Part shown: positions 54,801 to 63,516 of the stretch, piece by piece
Position numbering within the stretch: the stretch's first letter is position 1
Layout of the letters: each line of letters opens with the position of its first letter
Source: Tetramitus jugosus
Lineage: Eukaryota; Protista; Heterolobosea
DNA: 64,000 nt
Assembly (NCBI GenBank): GCA_937625935.1
Contig: OW569390.1
Span: 248,001 to 312,000, forward strand
Reading direction: 5' to 3'
Notes under the pieces: generated by a model
What the model was told of the DNA's origin: nothing
Seen by the model: only the letters and a program-made list of their open reading frames with translations
The model's database searches: none
Program-made: the position numbers and the translations under genes

Positions 54801-56216
54801 ATATCATTTGTTTTGATCATAATGTCTATCTGGTGGCGAAACACTCAACCAATCAAGTCGAGATTCCTTGCTCCATTGATTGGACTTGGAGCCATTCTAA
54901 TTGAGTGCCTTCTGAATGGAATCATCAGGAACTCATTGTTAATATCAGCAGACAGTTCAAAAGACTTCCAAGGAGTGAACAGCTTGGCATATCTGATATT
55001 GACAATTGTTAATCCACTTGTTCTTCTGTCATTGTTCATTTATTTGTGGCAGATGATTCGCTTCTTCTTTTTGAAGAACTTGTATTCGATCATGGCAAAA
55101 GAAAGCAATGACAAATCAACCAAGAAGTACATGAGGATACTGAGACTGATTTCATCGAAACTGGTTTATATGGCTCTGGGCATCGCAGTGTTTGTCGTTT
55201 CATGTGCTTACTTTGTCATCTTGTCAATTTTGGAACCAACAAGAGTCATAGTTCCCAATGTTGCTTCTATCATCAATGCGCTATCATTCTCAATCATGTC
55301 ATTCTGTTTTGCAGTGTTGATCGTTGTTGTTTTCATCTGGGACGTCACTGTGGTTATGGGCAAAAGACTTCACGCACGATATGGAAAGGATATGAAAGGT
55401 GCTTATGAAGGTATCTCGGTGGCCACATCTGCTCTTGAGTCATTCGTCACCCATTTTTCAGGAGATGACCCATTACTATTCAGATTTGAATCAATATTCA
55501 TGGCATTAGCAATGGCGATGATGATTGTATCCTATGTATTTGGTATCGCTGATCGATTAGATCCATCGGCTCAACCAAACTCATCTCTCAAGATTGGAGA
55601 GTTTATATTTGATATGTTGTATATTCTGTTCAGAATTATTGCTTTCGGAGGTTTCTCTTTGATTGCCAGTGTTGTCAAGTATCGATCATCTCTAGATATG
55701 TATAAGCTCATTTCCGAAATGAGAGAGTTACTCACAGATATGAAGAGTGGTACCAGCTCGGTTGAGGCTGAACTCTTGGACATGTTGAGGAATGAACTCG
55801 GATACAATATGTTCGCTGCATTTGCTGAAAAGGAATTTGCATTGGAGAACGTGCTCCTTTGGAAAAAGCTAGAAGAAGTTCGGACTGATACAATCATGTT
55901 CACTCAGCAGAGGGTTGAAACGATGAATGATATTTATTCAGAGTTTCTTGAGTCTGGTTGTGCCTATGAGTGCAACGTTCCAAACAAAACAAAGAAATTG
56001 ATTCAAAAGGCAATGAAGGATAATCATTTGTCTGCTTCGGATGCTGAGGCAGCTCTATTGTCCCTGCATAACGAGACGATGGCTAACATGGCTGACACAT
56101 TCGCTCGACTGACGATCACTAGAAAGTACGCTCGGTATAAACAGATTCGGTTGTTGAGCCATGAACTGTCCAATGTTGGTGGTCTGGATGAAGGAATGAC
56201 AATGGTTACCAAGTAA
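48882..56216 (+). CDS. Giant adhesion-type 7TM-RGS receptor (signal peptide, beta-propeller-like, beta-helix, fibrinogen-C, EGF x2, REJ/PKD-like, GAIN/GPS, 7TM, RGS)
   Basis: Intronless 2444 aa. NRYDGSTSF...YKEGFG...EFFLGLNKLH (FBG); CSGHG...C.C..GY.G..C (EGF); W...GC...CHCNHTTSF (GPS); seven hydrophobic helices; FAEKEFALEN...IYSEFL...ECNV (RGS). Confidence 0.92.
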   Translation: MHLSCTLLLLFSLFFLSQWSNNINAELQAQYINFAGGDNEFIVKDGVTSGSGDVFLIGQLSSSSSLSGGGKFPCGIMKYTGNGTLLWYKALNETSTMWFYPTKATTENNQFHIAGFTQTDGSNSTQATVCRLDYDGNIVGCITVSNTHSGTKISKIYDIVYEAVYDRMCFTGYIGSISPTYTTSTRVFISCQAVGIVQVNFMVQSTLASGINAGHKLRVYSLGFYLVSGLVEGSVKFSKTLTVTQPSAFVAQYRSLALGLGQWFWDYLHPKTTYGYPPVHTADISNIFFPDEYASVTTFTDSGQTTSYNILSKQGSADNFMVIRRVSYVGGYVATGEIFGSVEVDGIHLTAPANSSIGFIMKTDNLFSVDSIKVLYGDGVNYGVAVSSFPSGELLWVVHSACQRQRFWGEDAPLLNEKQNVVFAKMAISDSVTIPKVYIDFPYLIRENVFSSTFEYHIRSDLTLQSSLTVLGTMYVYENLHLVGGRLNASGAGDLYRANVHCLQEHFRSVTVDSTSHINLSYTDVQRLAVLINGGTANVSHTTFSSCDPGCLMASNTGGLYVIHSSFIANSNNTFAVTVLQDDYSSRLVDMDVSNNTFSGVGDAIRYVNTKNFTFEEFTCSHNTIIDAQSGVTVLSYAVQSISIYGNHFIALNTQFKGISCVSYVTRFEGRVSIQNNTLMNTTMHIEKGEGGYFDISGNEIHSTSDHPPLYFFAHNCDGQTSISNNRILDNEESVLLETSQCPGSIEFSWNEVRGNSSQGLLDVRNPVKIRRNSFLQRGPGTALQYIRLNSSSPVLNAQFNNWGVFTSDEILFLAGVDSLDSLLNGTGSVLPFPYLDSLSNTVQVPLFNEIARDCFDVVSFWPGAPFGVYEIRPTACASMLVLCNTHRKSIVVHNRYDGSTSFSRTKSEYKEGFGLLDGEFFLGLNKLHMLTSMGAEVYFDMITTSSTFEEKAGYMSVGSSLNNYTIDFRSLFHSSSLPDFILDGIQFSFPGVADNSCATQSQSGWWFDEQHSCNSFNLNQRYPLSSSVALSLSAFIQIETSIISDSRLSTIDCSSSAIPICSVKENPNTHCSGHGACVGMSTCICAPGYGGFSCNKFSCLGVHFNNSAVCSGHGTCILPDECRCKWGYTGFNCSNEILEVLINANHSSVDPCENIVVQSTQSNNNMSGRNYVWQASTTSQTLTQYLFSQQNKLLVVPNQFIPSNENVTITLFIHDFQGNQLGASNSLTFYRRKAIVKIELPGAGTLSVKDTGSLPLFAYLTEIPSCLMNMNKTWLIQGQPYSSTTLNHLTFTVKASPNISLQIVSDHLEATRSAPVTVIETKPNAVISGGSRMVLAGSQIVLDAHQSSDPLYGSMTGATYKWSCDSCTKQLASGVTTILDEGPGNYTISLMYTPNPFVVNRVGNASITIQIVSEESVLPVVKIASIVPTILNPRKILRISANVSNLIAGSDVGYEWSVRADSSPSFTLTRTYLTLLPLVLPENTLKYNTSYTFTIRAHYLNASFGQLVSYASVTSRTSSPPTIEGFTFDPATGDALSTLFTLSINATDIPEVYPLYYSFDYFNEALQRFVVLKGSSIYSTISTPLPTFGSHLRVRCTVRNSQGGEISTEFSIPVSSEASAIEQLNQAELLLQGLNSNNRTDNGELVLNIVAAMVSRLSNNTTVPVQQITNIYSGIVDFMLNSTLDEIQNSNDSITEQFIISKISTISVISSFSSLFSLSTTDKSMTILNIAVEGCLTSDISLGSNDTQQLASAVSDIYGGQVIRLGNKTLDIISHLVSLIGRDKLVLEDETVVSTDAFAVSVRVDTSSTLRNASISNSLVSVMIPDAIDSLNDVSTYIVQSVSFNPEMNPYALSNNGQNISSPIVIFKILNGDEKVKLVNLTKPIEIVLRRDNSSALALDHIFECRYLDETSDNAWQTNGCWLAQFDDFNIVCHCNHTTSFTSMIIYDPKKPNKASDGLYITWIIMYSIFALISFVLIIMSIWWRNTQPIKSRFLAPLIGLGAILIECLLNGIIRNSLLISADSSKDFQGVNSLAYLILTIVNPLVLLSLFIYLWQMIRFFFLKNLYSIMAKESNDKSTKKYMRILRLISSKLVYMALGIAVFVVSCAYFVILSILEPTRVIVPNVASIINALSFSIMSFCFAVLIVVVFIWDVTVVMGKRLHARYGKDMKGAYEGISVATSALESFVTHFSGDDPLLFRFESIFMALAMAMMIVSYVFGIADRLDPSAQPNSSLKIGEFIFDMLYILFRIIAFGGFSLIASVVKYRSSLDMYKLISEMRELLTDMKSGTSSVEAELLDMLRNELGYNMFAAFAEKEFALENVLLWKKLEEVRTDTIMFTQQRVETMNDIYSEFLESGCAYECNVPNKTKKLIQKAMKDNHLSASDAEAALLSLHNETMANMADTFARLTITRKYARYKQIRLLSHELSNVGGLDEGMTMVTK

Positions 56217-56394
56217 CAATCCACATAAAGTTGTCACTAGCGAAATTACTGTAAATTCTCTCCGTTAAATGTGCTATTTTTAAGATCGAAAAAAGCCACA
56301 TCCAAAAATACTCTTGTCATGACTCGAGACAGAATCAAAAACAAATTCGCCAAAGATTTTCACAAGAAGAAAAATCACCACCAACCAGTAAGCT

Positions 56395-57026
56395 ATGGAA
56401 TTATCACCCACCTGTAACATACCCAAGAACTGTACCAGAAAACTCAAAATTACCTTCCTACCAGGTAATCATGTCGAGTCAGATGTCATCATTGACACTC
56501 GATTTACAACATTTGATGCCATGATGCAACAATTGTGTAGTTCATACTCTGAGCAGCATCCTCACTTGCACGTTGCGTTCGATCTCGTAAGTTTATTCTT
56601 GGCTGTTTTCTTCGATTGTGTTCGTTGTTGTTTTGTTGCTTTGTTGCTTTGTTTCAGAGTGTGCGTCTGGAACTCACCTCCTCAATTGTTTATACGAGTG
56701 TACAGGATTATCATGTAGAAGTCAATGAAGACGTTGTCAATGATAATGAATCTTGGCAGAAGCTCATTGAATCGACCAATGACTCTCAAGTGATACCCGT
56801 TCAAGTCATTGTTCAAATCAGAGAGAAGCCAAATTCGTCCCTAGAGTTCATTAATCATGAATGGGACGAATTGCAAAAGAAGAGCACAGCCACATTGATT
56901 TCAGGAAATGGAAAATTGGAAGGAGAAGAACTAAAGGATGATTGGTTCGATTTTATTGTGGACAGAGTACTAGACAAGAGTGGTGTGGAAGAATCACAAC
57001 AATCACAAAGCACTGCTACTGTATAA
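56395..57026 (+). CDS. Small protein, possible PB1/ubiquitin-like fold (exons 56395-56586, 56658-57026)
   Basis: 71-nt GTAAGT..TTTCAG intron 56587-56657 joins two ORFs in frame; RKLKITF at the start and an acidic patch later. Confidence 0.7.
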
Positions 57027-57212
57027 ATAAGAAAGGATGACTCTTGTTCGTGTTGTTCATCGTCTTTTTCGTAGTTTTGCGGCAGTTTTTGAGTGCCCGA
57101 CTACGACTCATCCAAAACGGCTATCTTTGTCTTTGGAAGACGTTCTGTGTTGAAAAGAACACCATTCACTCTCACCTACGGTAGTACTATTGAGCTAGCA
57201 TCTGCACAAGCG

Positions 57213-59294
57213 ATGTCTCTTAGAAAATGGATGACGCCGAAGCAATCCCTGACTGGGTCGCTCACTCCACGACAACGGCATCTCATTCTGGTTCAATGCC
57301 TCCTCTTGTTCTTTCTGCTATCGTTTATTACAGGGAGTGCAACTTCATTCTCTCAGAGATCCAAACATACTCTTTCTTCGAGAAATCAAAAACCAGCATC
57401 GGCCAAAATCACGGGAGGAGTGTATGGGCCTGATTTGCTTCTTTCATTGACAGAGATGGCTGATATTTTCACTAAACACAACACACTGCGCGAAGTTGTA
57501 TCAGTAACAGAGTTCAATTCTTCAAGCTCTGCATTAGAAGCACTAAAGACAGGGATAGTAGAATTTGCTATCGTACCTCTTCCCTCCCAAAACGAATCCT
57601 ACGTGAATGATGGAGATATTCAATTACTACCATTTTCTGCTCAAGCTATATGCATTATCTATAATATTCAGAGCAGTGTTGACCTAGTGTTAGATGGGAA
57701 TGTGTTGACAGGTATCTTTAACGGGTCGATAAGCATGTGGAATGACCCTAGGATACGGCAATTAAACCCATCACTTCCACTTGCTCCCAAAGAAATACAG
57801 GTCCTGGTTCGGGGGGACTCGAGTATCACCAATAAGATACTATCGAGAGGCCTTTCAATCTTTGACCCGAATTGGGCTACTAACTATGGAGATTTTCGCC
57901 AATGGCCGAGAGCAAGAAGGTATGGCGGTTGGGGATCGCGATACACCACTACAAACAGTGATTTGGAAATGACAGACAAGGTTGAGATGACTCCATACTC
58001 TATTGGTTACAACACATTTGGGTCCTGCACAAAGTATAGTACTCATATTGCCTCGATTCAAACAGATAAGAACACGAAGATTTATCCTTCTAAAGAGTCG
58101 ATTCAATTATTAATGGCAACACGAGGAGTTCCAACATCTGCAAATCTTTCAATTATCGATCTCATGAGCTCAGCACAAAACAATTCAAAAGCTTATCCTC
58201 TGGCGGAATATGTATATGTGGGGTATCTGCATCACAACATGACTAATTGTAATGATGCTCTTGCTGTGTACTTGTATTTACGACACATGATTCGTTCAGA
58301 TATCATTCCTGGTCTTCTAATTGATAGTGGATTGGTAAGTTTAAGTCCGACGATGAAGGAGTGGAGCTCGAGTGTATTAAATCAATTCACTTGCCATGGT
58401 GCCATTCGAACAACGGGAAAAGATATTTTCAGCATCATTGTTGCTTCAGTGTTCTTAGCTTGTGTTATGTTGATGTTTATTCTGGTCATTTTTCTATGCA
58501 CCTGCCTGCTGTGTACTCATAAACAAGTGAACTTGACGCGTAAGATACACGAAGCTAATCCAGGACCAGATGGTTTTGTTGTCATTGTGCATGTCGAAAT
58601 ATGTGACATCATCTATCTAATAGATTCTTTTCCAGATGTGGCAAAGGAATCCATACCTATTCTGAAAGAATTAATCGAGAAATTGATCATAGATTTCGAA
58701 GGATACAGGGCTCAGAAGGGCCGAGTTCAAAAAGTCATTTTCAAGTCAATTGTGAGTGCAATTGAATTTTGCAATGAGCTTCATGTATATTTGATGCAAG
58801 TTCCTTGGCCTTCCTCTCTTCTCAACATTTCTGAATTTTCCGAACAAGTCAATCCAGATTCTGGTGATCTCGTGTATCGAGGTATAAAAGTGAAAGCGAC
58901 TATCCACGTAGGAGAACCAAGAACTGAAATGAACACCACAACACACCTTACAACCTATTCTGGAGAAGTGGCTGATTTCCTCACCTTCTCTCACCAATAT
59001 TCAATACCTGGAACAACACTTCTTACAGCCGATGCCTACCAACATGTAAGAACTTATGGCGATGTAGATCGTAGCGCTCAACTCCTGCTAGATGGTTGCA
59101 AAATCGTTCGATTGGACAGCAAAACCTTACCTACAGAGCTTGAGCCATATCCTTTTGATTCCTATTCAATCCTACCAAATGAACTGGCAAAAAGAATCTT
59201 AGAAACGATGTCTAACACAGTCCCATATCTTGCAGCAAAAGACCAGCCATCAGAGTTGGAAAACTTGGAAGACATTAACCATGTCGAGGCCTGA
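57213..59294 (+). CDS. Receptor with PstS-like periplasmic-binding domain, TM helix and degenerate class III nucleotidyl cyclase domain
   Basis: GIFNGSISMWNDPRIRQLNP, VRGDSS, PYSIGY and AYPLAEY (PBP/PstS); TM helix; VPWP...YRGIKVKATIHVGEP...YSGEV (cyclase fold). Confidence 0.85.
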   Translation: MSLRKWMTPKQSLTGSLTPRQRHLILVQCLLLFFLLSFITGSATSFSQRSKHTLSSRNQKPASAKITGGVYGPDLLLSLTEMADIFTKHNTLREVVSVTEFNSSSSALEALKTGIVEFAIVPLPSQNESYVNDGDIQLLPFSAQAICIIYNIQSSVDLVLDGNVLTGIFNGSISMWNDPRIRQLNPSLPLAPKEIQVLVRGDSSITNKILSRGLSIFDPNWATNYGDFRQWPRARRYGGWGSRYTTTNSDLEMTDKVEMTPYSIGYNTFGSCTKYSTHIASIQTDKNTKIYPSKESIQLLMATRGVPTSANLSIIDLMSSAQNNSKAYPLAEYVYVGYLHHNMTNCNDALAVYLYLRHMIRSDIIPGLLIDSGLVSLSPTMKEWSSSVLNQFTCHGAIRTTGKDIFSIIVASVFLACVMLMFILVIFLCTCLLCTHKQVNLTRKIHEANPGPDGFVVIVHVEICDIIYLIDSFPDVAKESIPILKELIEKLIIDFEGYRAQKGRVQKVIFKSIVSAIEFCNELHVYLMQVPWPSSLLNISEFSEQVNPDSGDLVYRGIKVKATIHVGEPRTEMNTTTHLTTYSGEVADFLTFSHQYSIPGTTLLTADAYQHVRTYGDVDRSAQLLLDGCKIVRLDSKTLPTELEPYPFDSYSILPNELAKRILETMSNTVPYLAAKDQPSELENLEDINHVEA

Positions 59295-59332
59295 ATCACA
59301 CAGCGCCCTTGTAAAAAATAAACATATTTATT

Positions 59333-60589
59333 TTATTCATCATAGTACAGAGCTGACAAATGGTATCTGATCCAGAAGGCAAATACACTACACAATGCTT
59401 GGAAGCACAATGTTACAATCGCGAGATTTCTTTCGGTCATTGGACCAGTGATCTCCAGAATCAAATTGAGCAGAGTGTAATTCTTACTAGAGTACAACTT
59501 TCCAGTTTCTTGATTGAACTTTGGAATACGATGTCTTGGACACTCAATCCACGGTAGAATCAATTGAGGCAAACTGATCAAAAAGTTCAACCATTGAGGA
59601 ATAAAGAATAGCATCAGAGTCTTCGAGAAGTGTCCCAAGATACCCACAACAGCCAATGTCATACCAGCAAAGTAGGTAAATGTATCACCGACAAACACAC
59701 GGGATGGATACCAATTGTACTTTAACAGACCCAGTGTAGTAGCAATAAATGGTAGCATGCAAACAATGCTAAACATGTGTTGTGCATGATACACAGACCC
59801 AAGTTCCATAAAATTGTGCACCAGAATGGAACAGGCAATCACAAACGTTTGACCTGCTTCCAATCCGTTAATACCGGCCAAGATGTTGATCGTGTTGGAT
59901 GAATAGACTGCCACAAGCATCATGTACACCTTGTACAGCACTCCCAATTCCAACACTGATACTACAGCACCTTGATCAGCCATAGCCACACCAAACCATG
60001 ACAACATGCTCGATGGAATCACATGGGGCACCATCCATCTCAGAGGCTTCGGAACAACAACACTTGTCAATCCATTGTACGCCATGAGCATGGGCAATGT
60101 GGCCAAAGTGGGCAAAATGAGCTTATATCTCCATCTCAACTCCAGCACATCGTCCACAAATCCCAAGAACAACATGAAGCAAGAACTGAACAGTGCAGCA
60201 TTCAAATTGACTTGCAAATGATTGTTTTGGTGTTCATCATGTTTACCACCACCACCACCACCACCACCATGATGATGATTGTTATTGGTCAATGTGACTT
60301 GCAACAAACAAACACAAATAATGTACACGATACCAGGGACGAGACCAAGTGATTCTGGCACCCTTGTTTTTGCACCTTGTTCTCCCTTGTTGAGATCCTT
60401 GCCTGCCAATCCAGCTTTTTCAGTCAATTGAGACACTTGTGGTATGATGGCTACAGTGATCAGGAAGGCAATGATACTGACCAATAGAGACAATTGAATC
60501 GTAGAGTTTTGAATGAAATGAGGCAGTCCATAGTAGACACAGGGTGATAGAGCGATGATCACGAGACTAATGTTGAGAGCTTTACTCAT
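59333..60589 (-). CDS. DPAGT1: UDP-GlcNAc:dolichyl-phosphate GlcNAc-1-phosphate transferase
   Basis: GKDLNK, FLGFVDDVLELRWRYKL, NILAGINGLEAGQ, YPSRVFVGDTF and CPRHRIP motifs. Confidence 0.97.
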   Translation of the reverse strand: MSKALNISLVIIALSPCVYYGLPHFIQNSTIQLSLLVSIIAFLITVAIIPQVSQLTEKAGLAGKDLNKGEQGAKTRVPESLGLVPGIVYIICVCLLQVTLTNNNHHHGGGGGGGGKHDEHQNNHLQVNLNAALFSSCFMLFLGFVDDVLELRWRYKLILPTLATLPMLMAYNGLTSVVVPKPLRWMVPHVIPSSMLSWFGVAMADQGAVVSVLELGVLYKVYMMLVAVYSSNTINILAGINGLEAGQTFVIACSILVHNFMELGSVYHAQHMFSIVCMLPFIATTLGLLKYNWYPSRVFVGDTFTYFAGMTLAVVGILGHFSKTLMLFFIPQWLNFLISLPQLILPWIECPRHRIPKFNQETGKLYSSKNYTLLNLILEITGPMTERNLAIVTLCFQALCSVFAFWIRYHLSALYYDE

Positions 60590-61008
60590 GATGATTATTC
60601 AACACTCGATTGTTGTTGTCCTGTTGTTGTTGGTTTTGGTGGTGAGAAAAAGCTTTTTGTTGTTTGGAAGAAGCAAAGTACCCAACTCGATCGAAACGGT
60701 GTTTTTTTTGGGTGGCCCTTCAATCAAAGAAAAAAACTGATTCAATGAACCTTGGGCTGGAGATTTTGGATCCAAAAACACAAATGCAGAGTTTCAAATG
60801 CATGGGTGACCTCAGTCAAGTGTTCACCAATAAATCACAATAAAATGATGTCTCATTACAATATGCATTCATTGTAAGTCTAATTCACATAATTCAGGAC
60901 TTTGTTAACTGTTCGCCATCGTCGACTACGGATAAAATTCACTGCCGAAATTGACTCCAAAGCACAAGAGTATCGCCCAACTTAAAAAATATTGCTTCAT
61001 TGTTTTTA

Positions 61009-62229
61009 CTAGTCGTATTGACACAGAGCGGATAAGGCAGATGATTTCTTGGCCTTCTTTTTCTTGAAAGGGCTCTTTTTCTTTTTGGTTGTCACAATGG
61101 AAATTAATGCATCATCAAACAATGAATTCGTAGCTGTGACCGGTTGTGAGCTATGAATATTGGCGTCGCCGTTCACTTTTCTCTTTTTGACCAATGGTTC
61201 TTCCTCAGTTACTGCTTTGGCTTCCTGTCGATCCTCTTCATCATGTCTGTTCTCATGAATACCATGATCTGAATGGTTAGTTTCCTGCTGCTGGGAAAGC
61301 TTTCGTTTCTTGAACCCAATCATGTATGATTCTTCATCGTCCAACAAACTCTTGTGAACAACAGAGGGAGCAGAAGAAAGAGGATGACTCTTCTTCTTCT
61401 TGATATTAGAGGCATCACCATATTCATCATCATCACCACTATTCCATTCCTCTCTAAACGATGACGATATCACACTCTTCAAATCATGATCGTCGTTATA
61501 GCTCGAAAACAACTCCTTTTCAAACAATTGAAGCTCTTCTTCTTCTTCCCGTGTCAACTGAGCATCATCCACACCACCATTACTCGACATGTCGCCACGA
61601 TTGCCACTATTCGATCGAACCACCAGAGAGTGACTCTGACTCTGATGATTCATCGATTCCCATCTCTCTTTCAATTGATCAATCGAAATTCGATGATTCT
61701 GAGCAGATATCGTTCTCAACTCATCCAAATCATCCAACAAATCCATCTCCTGTCTCATCTCCATCGTCTTATTCTCCAACTGCTTCATTGAATCTCCCTC
61801 CAAATCCATAATTCTCCGACTTTCCCGCTCTTCATCGTCTTCCGTACTGTTGGACCACGGAGTATAATTCCGCATACAGTTCTGCTCAGAGACATAGGTA
61901 CTATTCTTTGGATCGGTCTTAAAGGTTAACTCACTCGAACATTTTGTGCATCGAATATAGAAACGAAACACCTTGAGTCCCAAGTAACTCTCTCCTTGCA
62001 CTGTTTCTTTGCGCGCATTGAATTTTTTGCCTCGACCAATGTATTCTCCACATACAGTGCACCGAATACTCATTGGTAACATCATACGTGTCTTGATTTG
62101 ATCATGTGATTTGGATTGTTGTTGTTGTTGTGATTTGTTTTTTTTGTTGTGGAGACGGTTGAGTTTGGCAGATTCAGCTGGATCGAAATCTGGTGGGTAG
62201 TATTTACTAATGACTTTTCTCTCTGCCAT
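61009..62229 (-). CDS. YJU2: Splicing factor YJU2/CWC16
   Basis: MAERKVISKYYPPDFDP, RMMLPMSIRC..CGEYI..GKKFNARKE and FRFYIRC..C...TFKTDPKN motifs. Confidence 0.95.
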   Translation of the reverse strand: MAERKVISKYYPPDFDPAESAKLNRLHNKKNKSQQQQQSKSHDQIKTRMMLPMSIRCTVCGEYIGRGKKFNARKETVQGESYLGLKVFRFYIRCTKCSSELTFKTDPKNSTYVSEQNCMRNYTPWSNSTEDDEERESRRIMDLEGDSMKQLENKTMEMRQEMDLLDDLDELRTISAQNHRISIDQLKERWESMNHQSQSHSLVVRSNSGNRGDMSSNGGVDDAQLTREEEEELQLFEKELFSSYNDDHDLKSVISSSFREEWNSGDDDEYGDASNIKKKKSHPLSSAPSVVHKSLLDDEESYMIGFKKRKLSQQQETNHSDHGIHENRHDEEDRQEAKAVTEEEPLVKKRKVNGDANIHSSQPVTATNSLFDDALISIVTTKKKKSPFKKKKAKKSSALSALCQYD

Positions 62230-62475
62230 GATGATTATTGGTTGTTGTTTGATTGTTCAAGTTGTTGTTGTGTTTTTTGTGCTTTTGTGCGATTTCTCGT
62301 TGCAGCGGGGAATTTATGTTCGATCAAAATAAAGTAAAAACTGGGCGCGCAAAGTTGATTGTATTTTATAGAGGAATTGGTGGATTGGTGAGGCATAGTA
62401 GTATAGCTTTTAGATGATAGTACACAACAGTTTTTAAGGATTCATTAGAGAGAGTGTGTACTGACAGCAGTTGTC

Positions 62476-63234
62476 TTACTCTGAATTGATTCCAAAGAGT
62501 CTAAACTTGTGGAAATAAGGGAACTTTGGTATAAGAGCAATCATTCCAAATGTAATATTCAGCAACAGTAAATCATAGGCAACATAGGCCGTAATAAATA
62601 AGCTACACAACAAGAAAACAAAAAACACCGTGTCAATCAATTTGATCATGAGAGCTATTAGACAAGAAAAACAAACAGAAGAAATGCAGGCTACAGCTGT
62701 AGTTGTTGCATCAAGATACACATATCACAATCACACATACATCAACAATGGAATCAAAGTAAAAAACTTCTTTGTTGGAGTCAGTTGTCTCTGATCATCA
62801 ATTTGCTCCCAGAAGGTCAATTTGTCGTATTTGCCCTGTGGATGATAAGAGCTTTCCAATGGTGATCCCTTCACCCAATGAACCATCACAAATGTAATCT
62901 ACAAGGTAGAGAGAATTAACAAACACACAATTTTTCATTTTGCAAAAAAAAAAAGCATGTTAGCTCTCAATGTTCGTCTACGCTTGTTCAGAAGCATGCT
63001 TACAAAAAAAAATGTGATTGTTGTTTGAATCACACGTGTGTGGTAGGATATATGAGAGAGAGAGATGATACTTACGGATGCATGCAATATGTTAACAATA
63101 GTCCATGTGATACGAGGACTCACTCCAATGAAATGGAAAAATAGAACAAAACCAGTGATGAGTGAGACATAGAACATCCAAAATCGCTTCTTTTGAACGG
63201 GTGATACGTTGGGGTTGGTTGTCACTCTTTCCAT
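62476..63234 (-). CDS. ORMDL: ORMDL/Orm1 sphingolipid regulator (exons 63234-63076, 62898-62741, 62602-62476)
   Basis: WTIVNILH, HWVKGSP, LTFWEQIDD, TKKF and IPKFP..HKFRLFGIN; introns 63075-62899 and 62740-62603 keep the frame. Confidence 0.93.
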
Positions 63235-63516
63235 TGTTTTTAATATAAAATAATAGAATCGATGCTTTCGTTTGTTTGCTTTCGATAATTTCAGTATTTT
63301 TTTGGAAGCTTTTTTTTCTCTCAATGCATCAAGACCGCAGCAAGGAGAATTCATCACAGCTGACGTGTCGGGACAAGATCGTCATTCCCCGCCATCTATT
63401 TTCCTAACCCGAATTCGAAAACGTAACCTTGGACGCACAACATCAAAAAAACACTGCTTGAAGCTTGGACAAACACAGACAACAATAACAACAGCTTGGG
63501 ACACCACGTTCAGAAT

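Noticed and set aside
62410-62470. C/D snoRNA or SECIS in the ORMDL 3' region
   Set aside because: Only a 7-bp inverted repeat; box C is imperfect and SECIS spacing is too short.
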